Positions 38,194 to 50,645 of a stretch of DNA of 64,000 nt are shown piece after piece; positions within the stretch are counted from its first letter, which is position 1, and each line of letters opens with the position of its first letter. This stretch comes from Vicugna vicugna (lineage: Eukaryota), in contig MU058423.1 in NCBI GenBank assembly GCA_013265495.1, forward strand, positions 5,190,745 to 5,254,744, in the 5' to 3' direction. The position numbers and the translations under genes were made by a program. Under the pieces are notes generated by a model that was not told where the DNA came from, made no database searches, and worked only from the letters and a program-made list of their open reading frames with translations.

Positions 38194-38659
38194 GTTTAAT
38201 GGGAATGGGTGGTAAAACATTCATTTAAGTTGAATATGAAATTTTAAGTTACTTATCAATTATGATTTTTCTATAAAATATGCAATTCAGAAAAAACTGC
38301 AATGCTTTATTGATTTTTCACTATCTTTGTTCTATTACATTATCAACTTCTGAGGATTCTCTATTCTGCAGATATTATATGAAGCATTTCAGTAATAATC
38401 TAACTCTTCTAAATTGACGGATTATGAGAATTTCATCAGAGAAGTTAAAACGCTCATATAAAACTGATTCTATGATGAATTCGCAACAGCATTAATATAC
38501 AACAAAGGATTTTTGTCCTTATCCTAGGATTTTCAAATGCTGTAAAAGGTTGGAAGGCATGCATCCAAGGAATATAGGGGTATGATTTGAATAATATTTC
38601 CATGAGTATAAACCACCTTTTAAAATAATACAAACCAATAAAATTTTATGCTCTAATTA

Positions 38660-38770
38660 TAGAATACCACAATATGTTTAAACATCACATTCATCAATTC
38701 AGTTATCTTCTTTGTGTGTGTGTGTGTGGTGAGAACATTTAAGATCTACTCAATTAGCAACTTTCAAGTT
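38660..38770 (-). mobile_element. L1MA-type 3'UTR fragment
   Basis: tttgtgtgtggtgagaacatttaagatctactcaattagcaactttcaagt. Confidence 0.75.
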
Positions 38771-39295
38771 AAAAAAAGAGAGTTCTTCCCTCTGGAGAAC
38801 TCTTAAATATTCAGCATCTATTCAATGCCAGGCTCAGTCTTAGTCATTTTGGCCCCTTCCTTCATGGAGAATTTTGGCAGAATATGGGAAGAAGCACAAC
38901 TAAACGTATAGGAAGAATGTAACACAGTAGGCTACGGTTGGTGTTAGAGTATCAAGAGGGGCTGCTGACCTAACAACGTGAGAGGCAGGACAGCCTAGAC
39001 ATACGGACCTGTTCTGGGTCTTGAAACACTGGGAGTTGGTGAAGCGAGAAAAGAAAGGTATTCCAGGCTGAAGAAGTGCCACCGCCCAGGCTTGGAAACA
39101 GGTCCATGTACTATGTGTATTGTTTACTAGGCACTAAGTATACACACTATTCATTCACTCAAGAAATATTTGTTGAGTATATACAAATAGGCTAGGAAAT
39201 CTTTAGCTACAAAGAACAACAAAATTCTCCTTGATGGATTTCAAGATTTTTTTAATGTCAAATAAACTTTTGAACGTGATACATCTTCAACCCAG

Positions 39296-39344
39296 ATGCT
39301 AACCAGTACTGGGATTCAACAATGCTAACCAGTACTGGGATTCA
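39296..39344. repeat. Two-copy 23-bp direct repeat
   Basis: atgctaaccagtactgggattca at 39296-39318 and 39322-39344. Confidence 0.95.
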
Positions 39345-39439
39345 CTCCTTCTTTCTTCCCCGCCATCTCTGCTAACTCTCCTCGTGAATTCAAGAAGGAA
39401 TTGAAAGAGGTACTATTTCTTTTCATGTATCAAATTTTA

Positions 39440-39710
39440 AGAGCAAGGATTTTTTTTCTTTGAAGTCCTCAAACAGATTCTCAAGTGTCAGTGGAGAGAA
39501 TGTGTCACATGTCAAACCCAAGCCAGTCACCTGCCAGGGGAGCTGGATGATAATGATTGACTTAGATCAACTAAGAATTACCCTAGGAGCTGAAGTGAGG
39601 GATGCAATTCCTTGAGTCACATGTGGATGCAGTGCACACCTGCACCAAGGGGCCCTCTGACAGTAAGGAAAGGTAGGAAACGGGTGTCAGACAGACCACC
39701 TTTAGTACCT
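39440..39710 (-). mobile_element. Old MaLR LTR fragment (MLT1K/L-like)
   Basis: gtcacatgtcaaacccaagccagtcac...tgattgacttagatcaa. Confidence 0.5.
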
Positions 39711-39719
39711 ACTCTGCAT

Positions 39720-40070
39720 CAACCAGCTATTTGCCAGGCATGGTGCCTGATGCTAGGAAAGTAATGTTGAGCCAAATACATCATTTCTGACCTCAGGGAG
39801 CTTAGAAAATGTTGAGTAAGTTATTTAAAAACCCCACAAATAATGACAAATAACAATAAATGTTTATTTTTTAAAGAAGATGTGCAAGGAGATGTAAGAG
39901 TGTTTAATGGTAGGCTTTATTTAATATGGTGTGTCAAGTAAGGTTTCTATGAGGAAATGCATTTTAGCTATAATTTGAAGTCTAAGTCAGAGAAAGGAAG
40001 TAAAGGGTAGACAATTTAAGGGAAAGTACATTCCTGACAAAGGAAACAGCATGTGCATAGGCTATGGGAC
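39720..40070 (-). mobile_element. L2 fragment
   Basis: gccaggcatggtgcctgatgctagg...tgacctcagggagctt...aggaaacagcatgtgcataggc. Confidence 0.7.
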
Positions 40071-40102
40071 ACTTGCTGTTGCATACAGCACTTCTGAGGT
40101 AT

Positions 40103-40750
40103 GGAACAGACTTACCATATGACCCAGGAATCCTGCTCCTGGGCATATATCCAGAAGGAACCCTACTTCAAAAAGACACCTGCACCCCAATGTTCAAAGC
40201 AGCACTATTTACAATAGCCAAGACATGGAAACAGCCTAAATGTCCATCAACAGATGACTGGATAAAGAAGATGTGGTATATTTATACAATGGACTACTAC
40301 TCAGCCATAAAAAGAATAACACCATTTGCAGCAACATGGATGTCCCTGGAGAATGTCATTCTAAGTGAAGTAAGCCAAAAAGAGAAAGAAAAAAACCATA
40401 TGATATCACTGATGTGTGGAATCTCAAAAAAGAACAAATACAAAACAGAAGCAGACTCACAGACATAGAATACAAACTTGTGGTTGCCAGGGGAATGTGG
40501 GGTGGGAAGGGACAGACTGGGAGTTCATAATTTGTAGATACTGACAGGCATATGTATAACAGATAAATAAGATTATACTGTATGGCACAGGCAAATATAT
40601 ACAAGATCTTGTGGTAGCTCACAGCGAAAAAGAATGTGACAATGAATATATGTATGTTCATGTATAAGTAAAAAATTGTGCTCTACACTGGAAATTGACA
40701 CAACATTGTAAACTGACTATAACGCAATAAAAAAAAGTAAAGAAAAAAAA
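40103..40750 (+). mobile_element. Young 5'-truncated LINE-1
   Basis: [17 protein letters not shown]...ISLMCGI in ORF 40064-40468, then 3'UTR, AATAAA and A-tail. Confidence 0.96.
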
Positions 40751-42423
40751 GAATTCCAGTGTGAATTCAAAAGAAGTAATTGAAACAGCTCATCAATAAG
40801 ATTTCTTCCTTTTCTTAGAAAAGCATTTCATTTGTGGTCTCACCCTCATTTCACGTGTGCTGTATATCCAGGCATCAAGATAATAAGGAAATGGAAGTGT
40901 GAATGGAAGAAACTCTGCTGGCAGCATATTAGATTCTTAACCATAAACGTCATTATACCTTGCGTCATGTATCAGTCTTTCCTATAGATCAACTTCTGCA
41001 GTGATGCTTCTTAGAACACAAAATACCACAAAGCATCTGCCATTCTTAAGAATGTAGAGTAAAGTCCAGAATTTATATAGGTTACATCTCTCTGAATGGT
41101 GTTTGGTGTGATGAAGCAGCAGGAGCATCTCCTGGTGTCAATGCTGGATGGGATGGGGGGGGCTGGCAGTAGGATTGTTGCTGTCCACTGTGGATGGTGA
41201 CCAGATACCAGCAAAAAGAGTATTACTGTGATTGAGATTAAAAAGAAAGAAAGATAAAATTATGTTAAAACTTAATGACAAAACATTTAGAATATATTAC
41301 AAAGGTTACATTTAAAAAAAGTTTGCAAAGAGAAGAAAATGTCAATTTTAAAATGATGTAAAACAAAAAGTATCTTACTTTAAACTTCGTGATCTATTCT
41401 GATCCCTGATCTTTAAATAGAAGATTTCTGGAAGAAACAAACGCATGTACAGATTTTTTTTTTAAATGAATTTTTTGTCAGATTATTTTTGTCTTCTGTT
41501 TGCTTCAATTTTTCTCACACATGAAGAAACTGAATTCAAATGATTACACAAATTTTGTGCATCAGGGAACAAAATTTCCAGTCACTTGAAATGAAAAAGA
41601 AAGAAAAGAATGAAATCCTCTTTAGCATGATTAGAAGCCTACAGTAAAAGACCCAACAAAGGAAGAAGAAAAGTAGGGAGATTAGAAAAGGAAAGAGAGG
41701 ATTAAACAAAACACCCAGGGAGGAAGCCACATAGTGTCACGCTTACTCCTGAAATGGCAACCTGACACGTCAACATCAGCTAGGACAGGTAAAGTAATTT
41801 CGGTGTCTCTCAACACACAGAGGCACTGTTGGAACAAAACCAGTGAGATCTGTATCAACAGCGTAGGTGCAGCGCTTTGTATACACTGTGAGAGATTCTT
41901 GTTTTTATTTTTTTTAAGTAAGTTGATCTAAACAAGGCCTGCCAGCTATTCACAGGCTCTGTTATATGAGTGCTGCTTTGAAGAGTGACACGGGTGCTTG
42001 GAAGTGTGGGTCTCAGAAGACAGTTTATTTGGGGATTATCATTTAAACTTTGTTCTTCTCTGTTCTCAAGAATGACAGTGGTGCAGAGTAGGTGGTGGCT
42101 GAAGGAGAAACAGAGAATGAGGATGAAACTTTACTGTCATTCAGAGGACAGACATGGTGAAAATTTAGTGAGTTCCACTGTCTAGCCTTTTACCTTTATC
42201 TCTGACTTTTCTTGTTTCCTTAATGGTTTCTAAATAGATTATGACAAACCAATCTTGGTTTTGCTCTTCCTCTTGTTATTTCTTAAGAGGCCACAGTGCT
42301 TTTTTAAGTAGCTCTGTGGTTACCCCGAGTACTCTGAAGCTTTCAGCTTGTTGAATGAGCACTTCACATAACATAAATTCCCAAGGCGCAGGGCCACAGG
42401 ATCCACTGCATTCACCTAATGTG

Positions 42424-44460
42424 TATATCAGTCAGGGAATGAATAAAAACAGAACCAAGATGAATGATACAGAGTAAGTGATTTATTACAAGAGTTAGAT
42501 CTTAAGTAACTGTGGGAGTTGGTGGATTGGTATCTGTGGGTTAATGTCTCTATGCATACTGTTCAACCTGAGTCACTACAGCTTAGCCAGAAGTAATAAA
42601 AAAAAAAAGACAAGCTGGATATGGAAAATAATAAGGGCAAAACAGAACCCAAAAGGATAAAACAGAACTCACACCTGCCTTGCACTTCCTCCAACTTTGA
42701 TGCTATGGGTGACCTGTTAAGAAAGATGCCACCTCAACACCAAAAAAACAGCCTGATTAAAAAACAAGCAGAGGATCTGAATAAGCATTTCATTAAAAAA
42801 GACACACATAGCCAACAGGCACAAGAAAAGACGTTTAACGTCACTAATCGTATGGGAAATGCAAATCAAAACCACAGTGAGCTATCATGGCACACCTGTC
42901 AGAATGATTATTTCAGAAAAATCAACACAAAACCAATGTTGGTGAAGATGTAGAGAAAAGGGAACCAACATGCACTGTTGGTGGGAATGTGAACTGGTCC
43001 AGCCACTATGGAACACAGTATGAATATTCTTCAAAAAATTAGAAACAGAACTACCAGATGATCCAGCAATTCTACTCCTAGGTATTTATCCAAAGAAAAC
43101 AAAAACACTAATTCGAAAAGATACAAGTACCCCTATGTTCACTGCGGCATTATTTACAACAGCCAGGATATGGGAGCAACCCAGGTGCCCAGCAAAAGAC
43201 GACTGGATGAAGAAGATGGGTGTACATGTACAATGGAATACCACTCAGTTATAAAAAAGAACAAAATCCTGCCATTTGCAACGACATGGAGGAACCTAGA
43301 GGTATTATGCTAAGTGAAATGAATCAGATAAAGACTAATGCTGTACGATTTCAATTATATGTGGGATCTAAAAAACAAAAACAAATGAACAAACGTGACA
43401 AAAAATAAGACGGTTATAGATACAAAGAACAAACAGGTGGTTGCCAGAGGAAGGATGGAGAAAGGAAAGAAACAGGTAAGGGAGATTAAGAGATATAAAC
43501 TTCCAAGTGTAAAATAAATGAGTCATACATATGAAATGTAAAGTATGGGGAATATAGTCAATAACTTAATATCTTTGTATGGTGACCCATCATAACTAGA
43601 CTTATCATGGTGATCCTTTTGAAATGTAGACAAACATCAAATCACCATGCTGTATAAAAGAAACTAACACAGTGTTGTAGGTCAATTACACTTCAAAAAC
43701 AAACAAACAAATAGAAAAAGAGATCAGATTTGTGGTTATCAGAGGCAAGGGGTGAGGAGAAGGGGAATTGGATGAAGGCAGTTAAAAGGTAAAGATTTCT
43801 AGCTCTAAGATAAATAAGCCCTAAGGATGTAATGTACAACACGATAAATATAATGAACACTGATGTATGTTATATATGAAGGTTGTTAAGAGAGTAAGTC
43901 CTAAGAGTCCTCATCACAAAAAAAGTTTTTTTCCACTTCTTTAACTTTGTATCCAGATGAGATGACGGATGTTCACTAAACTTACTCTGATAATCATTTC
44001 ATGATATATGTATGTCAAATCATCATGCTGTGTGCCTTAAACTTATACAGTGCTGTGTATCAATTATGTCTCAATAAAGCTGGAAGGGAGATAAATAAAT
44101 ATATACATAAATAAATAGATACATACATACATACATACATATTCTGCTCCCCTTTAACACAGAGCTACACATGCACTTGGCCTCGGACTCAGAGAAGTTG
44201 AAGGAGGAGATCTGGCAGGAGATGAAGGTTCAGGTGCTGCCTTACAACAAAGAGATGATCTATCGAATCAGTGACAACGTGCCAAAGCTACTGTGGCACC
44301 CTACATAGGTCTTCAGAGTGTAACAGGACACAGCTGCTGCTTCTTTCTGCCTTCCTAAAAGCATCTGAATGCTTCTTATGACAATGCTAACACAGAACCA
44401 CACAGTGAAGACAGTCTGGGGAAACGCAGTACTAGCTTAGCTAAACTGGTACAGCACTCA
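42424..44460 (-). mobile_element. MLT2E/F-like 3' LTR of ERV-L provirus, split by an L1 (LTR parts 42424-42732 and ~44141-44460)
   Basis: tatcagtcaggg...gatttattacaagag...aactgtgggagttgg at one end and ggggaaacgcagtactagcttagctaaactggtaca at the other; reverse complement of the 9082-9662 LTR family. Confidence 0.8.
42733..44140 (+). mobile_element. L1MA9-like LINE-1 3' portion (ORF2 end and long 3'UTR) with (TAAA/TACA)n tail
   Basis: gggaaatgcaaatcaaaaccacagtgag...gatccagcaattctactcctagg; 3'UTR ending tcaataaagctgg; microsatellite tail 44091-44140. Confidence 0.92.
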
Positions 44461-47400
44461 TTCTCTCAAGTCCACTTCCTGGCAAATGTGCATTCTTTTA
44501 ACTTCCAAATAAAGAGAAGAACTGACTATGGCTTTGCCTAACATGCTGAAAGTGCTCCTTGTGCAACTGAAAATACACTAAGCATGCTCCCCAAAGAGGC
44601 AGTTTCTTTCCAAAAGAGAGTTCTTCTAGATGAGCTGTATCCTTAGGCATCTTGTAACTTAACAGTGAGATTACACGATAAACTACTATCAGTACATTTT
44701 ATGTTAGATGGCAGGGGAATGGCAGAAGAGAAGAAATAACTGATTCATTCATGCTTAGATAATTTATCATGATAAGAAAGAAATGCTTGTAACTGTGGCA
44801 GTGCATCCTTCTGCAATTGGTCATGGCCAAAGTTCTTCCACAAGCCATTCCATATTCCCTTGGCTAGTCATGATTTCTTGCATGGTGGATTGATTGCTGC
44901 AAACCTTCATTCTTGAAGTTCTGTAAGTTTAGACTGTGGTAGTTTTGTATTGACTTTAATCAGAAAACATGTGGATTCTAAGAGGCAGCCTAGGGATATT
45001 CTGAATTCCAGACATGTCCTTCCTCAGTCATATTGTATAGCAGCAACTCAACATCCTTTGACAGTCAGGACACATTACCTCAGCCCTAACCTTTGCCTGA
45101 TGATGATTCACTAGCGTTAAGACACAAAGCAGCTATTTAAAGTTTCAACTCTAAGTTTAATGAAACTATTGGCTTATCACCTCGTGGAATCATTTTCCCT
45201 TGGGCACTAAGACCTCAAGACCGGCAGCGTCCAAAATGGTAGGGACAGGAAGAAAACATTCTCACAGGAGGTGACAGTAAGAAAGGACACACTCCTTGGA
45301 TTTAGAAATCTTGGCTATGGTTAAAAAAAAAAAGTCACCATAAATTAATCACTGATTTAAAGCATATGTTCCATCCAGGGCAACATAACCGTCATGTAAG
45401 ACCACAACCTAGACTTCAACAGGCCAGCTCACTGTCAGGCAAACTGTTTCAAGATGATGGGTAAAACGGTAGGAGAAGCGGATTCTATGAACATGATCTT
45501 CACTTGCTGTAAAGTGCTGCCTGGTAACAGTCAGTTAGCCATCCTGTTTGTCCATGAATTTTGGCAAAAGCATCATAGGCAAAGAAGGCAAATCCAGACC
45601 CCAAGTAAGTATCTGTTATAGAGAGAAGAATAGAAGTGTCGCTCCTTCCACGGCAGAAACAGTCCAGTGTGACTGATGTGACACATGCTGCTTGGCTAAT
45701 TCTTTCAGGAATGGAGCCACAGTGGGATTCTGTTGGCTTCTTTTAACAAGTTGACCACTTAGCAACATTTATAGTCAGATTAGCTTTAGCAAGTGGAAGA
45801 CGGTGGTGTTGCATCCATATTTAAGCTCTATCCCTGACGCCATGGCCACTTTACTCATGGATTCACTGAAAAAAGAAAAAAAAAATCTGGGTTGGCTGGA
45901 GTGAGAGGCTGACTAGCATGTGCAGAATGAGTCTTCTCGTTCACCTAATTATGAAAACTCTCTTCTGCTAAGAGACCGCTGCTTGGTTAGCCTTCACGAG
46001 TGGCCTCATACTCTGATGACTCACAGAGGTCTATCTACATACAGATCTCCCCCGTCATCCATATCACCAATTTTCAATTATTTTCTTTACAATTTCAAAC
46101 CATTCAGCCAAACCACTAGCCTCTGTTCATGAATATCTGTAGATCTCTAACTCTGCCATCTCTTCTTCTAAGAAAAATGAAAAACCAAGCACACTGCTTG
46201 AAGTTCTGTCCACTGGGAAATTCGCCATCATCACTGTCTTTTAAGGCCACCCTGCAGTGGGGCTACAGAGCTGCAGACAAGTATTTTTGTGTAGTACATA
46301 TTGTCCAGTATCATCTGTAGATAAAAATGTAACTTTTTTCCTCAGTTAACTGATAACATGGAACTCCTCAAGAGGCCATAGTGTAGGCTGAGTAGAAAGC
46401 AACATACCAGGGCTATAGATCTATTTGAGATGGACTTAAGCCAAAATTCTCTTGATAATTGACTTTCATAAATCCCAACTATGATTGGTGGACCATGGTG
46501 AAATTTTAGACCTTCAGGTATCAGTGTCAGTTCAAAACTTGTTCTGCAATTGCCCTAAATCATGGTAATTTCTATCCTCCATGTAAAGACTCTGAGGAAC
46601 GGCTTCAGGTAACATAGGAGAAGGCTAGGAGGAAGATAAAATGTTGGCTGCGTAGCATGGTCTTTCCTCTAAGGGACTGAATCTCTACTTCATTCAGAGA
46701 ACTCTGGGCCCATGAAATGGCTTAATCAGGGAACTCGCTGAGTAGCCAAAATGCCCTATAGTATTAATTCAAGTCAGATTTCTAGTCACTAGATCTAAAG
46801 CTTTTCAACTCACACAGATCAGTGAAATCTTTAATAGACTGTCCATCTGTAGAAACATGGTGCAATAAAACTATTTTAGATTACTGCTTTGACTCTGTTT
46901 CCCCATTAAATCAACAGCACCTGTTGATAATTTAGAGCCTCCACCTGGCTATAGGCACTTTGGGACCTCATCATCCCTATAGCATACATGGGCCCTGACA
47001 GTGGCATTGCTCATTTTTATTTCAGAGAAGTTTCAGAGAATAACCACAACAGCTCTTCAAGAGTAAAGATCTATATAACACAGCTCTTCAAAACTCCCCT
47101 CATTGACAAGTACCTTCTGGACCCTCCTGAAGGTATATACTAAGGGCCCAGAAGCTAAATCCTAATTAGCATTCCAATCTCCTTAAAACCTTTGGATAAC
47201 TTCCTCTACGGTATTCTCCAGAAGTTCTGGAAATTTGATTTTCTCCATTGTAGGGCACATTTGGGTTCACACATCAGTCAACATGAAACTGTTAGAGCCA
47301 CTTCTTTCAACTTGAGCTAACAGATTCAATTGAGAATCTCACATCAATAAACTCAGCCCAACCAAATATTATATTCTTTCCAACTGAACCGAACACCCTT

Positions 47401-49075
47401 AAGAACCATTTCCTAGTCTTTTGAAGAATCTCCATACTGTTTTTCACAGTGGCTGCACCAAACTGCATTCCCACCAGCAGTGTAGGAGGGTTCCCCTTTC
47501 TCCACAGCCTCTCCAGCATTTGTCATTTGTGGATTTTTGAATGATGGCCATTCTGACTGGTGTGAGGTGATACCTCATTGTAGTTTTGATTTGAATTTCT
47601 CTGGTAATTAGTGATATGGAGCATTTTTTACCGTATGACCCAGGAATCCTGCTCCTGGGCAAATACCCAGAAGGAACCCTACTTTAGGATGACACTTGCA
47701 CCCCAATGTTCATAGCAGCATTATTTACAATAGCCAAGACATGGAAACAGCCTAAATGTCCATCAATGGATGAGTGGACAAAGAAGATGTGGTATACTTA
47801 TACAATGGAATACTACTCAGCCATAAAAACCGACAACATAACGCCATTTGCAGCAACATGGATGCTCCTGGAGAATGTCATTCTAAGTGAAGTAAGCCAG
47901 AAAGAGAAAGAAAAATACCATATGAGATCGCTCATATGTGGAATCTAAAAAACAAAAACAAAAACAAAAACAAAGCATAAATACAAAACAGAAATAGACT
48001 CACAGACATAGAATACAAACTTGTGGTTGCTAAGGGGGCGGAGGGTAGGAAGGGATACACGGGATTTCAAAATTGTAAAATAGATAAACAAGATTATACT
48101 GTATAGCACAGGAAAATATATACAGGATCTTATTGTAGCTCACAGAGAATAAAATGTCTCAATGAATATATGTATGTTCATGTATGACTGAAAAATTGTG
48201 CTCTACACTGGAATTTGACACAACATTGTAAAATAATTATAAATCAATAAAAATTTTTTAAAAAAGGAAAAAAAAAGAACCATTTCCACATATTCTTCCC
48301 TACATATATATGTATTTTTTTTTGCCAAATAGTTTTGTCATAAACTGGGAAAATAATGCAATTATATTGGTGTGACTTACAGTACCGCTTGTTCATACTT
48401 TGTAACTCATTCTCTGGGACCAGGACCAAGTGGGACTTAAGTCTAGTTGTATATTTAGAAGCTATGATCTTCCTGAAGAGGATCAACAGTTCCTTAAACG
48501 CATGCATTACAAGATCTTTAGGCAAATGAAGACTAACTTCTGAGATAGAAGGGAGAGCTACTCTTACTAAGAAGTGACACTCAGTAGAATTTAAGGAATT
48601 AAGGTCCTCAGCTACATGGAAATCTGCCTATATGTTCCCATTCCAATTTTCAGAAACCAAATCCTTCCCAATTAATGCGCTACATCTAATATAAAAAAGC
48701 CTATGAGTAGGGGAATTGAATTTGCATTGTAAGTCAGATAACTGCAGGTGCAGATTTTGCTTTAGTTTTCCAAAATCTCAACCATGTAGCTGTAAGAAGT
48801 AAGGTTTTCTTATGGGGCAGTCACCGAGATTTTCTGATCCCATGAACATGAGTTGAGGATTTATAACCCTGAGCTCATCACTTTATTTCTACAAGTTCTC
48901 CACTGTATTTATAAGCAACCAACCAACTCAATTTTACTGCTTATTTTCACTAAAATGTTTCATGGCAGCAACTGTTTGTCATGCACTCTTTCTCCTTCTC
49001 CTTCTAGGTGCTGGATACAGGTGTCCAATGTGGTAATTCTAGGTAACCCTGTCACCACTACATGCCAAGACTAGC
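44460..49075 (-). mobile_element. Decayed ERV-L internal region: gag, protease, RNase H, integrase, dUTPase (RT absent)
   Basis: Minus-strand translations: gag [23 protein letters not shown] and IASKYTTRLKS; protease ELTLIPEGLKFHHGPPIIVGIY (~46470-46535); RNase H KDSDDG..SQWTEL (~46200-46250); integrase HE*SGHGVRD..HRLPLAKANL (~45775-45860); dUTPase FLPVPTILDAAGLEVLVPKG (~45195-45256). Confidence 0.9.
47401..48287 (+). mobile_element. Young LINE-1 with 5' inversion (twin priming) and 13-bp TSD
   Basis: TSD AAGAACCATTTCC at 47401-47413 and 48275-48287; inverted ORF2 piece 47410-47629; sense 3' part 47628-48274 with poly-A. Confidence 0.97.
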
Positions 49076-50414
49076 AGAGCCTGCTTTACAGATGGAAACA
49101 ATGCAAGATGGAAACTGAAGCAGTTTGGAAAAGTCATGTTTCATTGTTTTTATTCCTACTGTTAAGTGGATAGCAAGGATATAGGGGCCGTTCTAAAGAC
49201 CAGCACAGAATTCCATACTTAAGATAACTCATCCAGTGGAATACTGATTTATTTCTCATGAAAATAGAACATTCAGATAGACTACTGATTAGTTTAACTT
49301 GTTCCATCAGCTACAGAGCTCAAACTCAGCACTTATTTTTACACCAAAATAAAATTATCTCTTTCATGTGTTAATTTTTGTGTCAGCTTGGTCTAAATGC
49401 CTTAAGAAAAGTAGATCTTCTGTCCTTTAACAATTAAGGGAAAAAAGCTGCTATTTGGTCCCAGTTACACCTAACTAGAAAGAGGCTGATTAGGAATGTT
49501 ACAGGGCACCTGCTGTTAAGTAAAACCGTGGATTCCTACTGCCTTGTCTTTTGAGTCATATAGTTGGTAAACACTCGCTTTTATTTTTTTTCAAATATAG
49601 CATTTAGATAGACCACAGATTTTAAAACTTGGGAATGGTCATTAGTTGAAAAAAAAGAGAGAGGGAAAAAAAAAAAACACTAACAAGATTGACACCAGTC
49701 AGGAAAGTCTTCAAAACAGAATGATCTTGCGGCAGCATTGTCAGTTTCACTGTTCTGAAATAAAAGGGGGTCTATCACTGAGACGGCAGAGAAACACTTC
49801 ATTATCCCCATGAGTCCTGGATGAGTGACTAGGTATGTGTGCATAAATGGATGGGTGGAGTACAGTGGATATTGCTCTGTTTGCTGTTAAATTTCTAGGG
49901 GCACAGTGAAATGCTAGCTGGGCAATCTCTGATGCAGCCAGCAGAGTAAGTGCGGCTAGTCGGGGAGATAGGGAAATTCTGCTGCCTGTTGTTATTCTCC
50001 ACTGGTTCAGAACAGAAGAAATCAGCTATAAGTCACAGGGGGAAACTGAAGCACTAAACTTCATTTGATTTCAAAGTTGGGGGAAAAAAATAAAGTGTTA
50101 GTCACAGAGAGAGGAAGAGCATACAGAATTCAGAGTGGTTACACCAAAAAAAGACGTGGGAGATTACTGAGGCCAATGAAGATGAGGGCCACTAGGCACC
50201 GTTAAAAGGATATTTTGTCTAATGTAGTGGAGGTATATAATTCCAAGACTTCTAAGCTTGAAAATACATTTAAGTTTAATTTACAAGTAGTCAAACTAAA
50301 CTACTAGGACAAAAACTTTCTTTAATATTATATATCTCAAAGAATGTGTACATCAGAAACAACTGAACAAACAGGTGGATTCATGGAAGAAACAACTTCG
50401 TATTTTTTGACAGG

Positions 50415-50645
50415 TAGTCTTGATATTAAGCTCATTACCTCTAGGGTCAGACTAATTTGAGTTTGAATCCTGGCTATATACTTCCTACTAGCTATGGGAC
50501 CTGGGTAATTGCCTTAACTTCCTTATTTCCCATTGGAAATACTGGTGGTTAATGGGTACACTGTCCATTAGAGTCACTGTAAAGGTTAAATAAGCAAATG
50601 CATATAAAGAACCTAACCCTGTGCATATTAAATACACTCCAACCC
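50415..50645 (+). mobile_element. MIR SINE
   Basis: ttgagtttgaatcctggctatatacttcctactagctatgggacctgggtaattgccttaac. Confidence 0.8.

Noticed and set aside
37682..38215. 177-aa ORF, the longest in the window
   Set aside because: L1 ORF2 fragment reading through a chimeric junction into non-coding sequence; not a host gene.
38778..38804. Short hairpin agagttct...agaactct
   Set aside because: An 8-bp stem is expected by chance and is too short for a pre-miRNA.
39296..39344. CRISPR-like direct repeat with palindrome
   Set aside because: Only two copies, a 3-nt spacer, mammalian context and no cas genes.
39531..39545. Second CTCF-like motif ctgccagggggagc
   Set aside because: Two mismatches at informative positions and located within an old LTR fragment.
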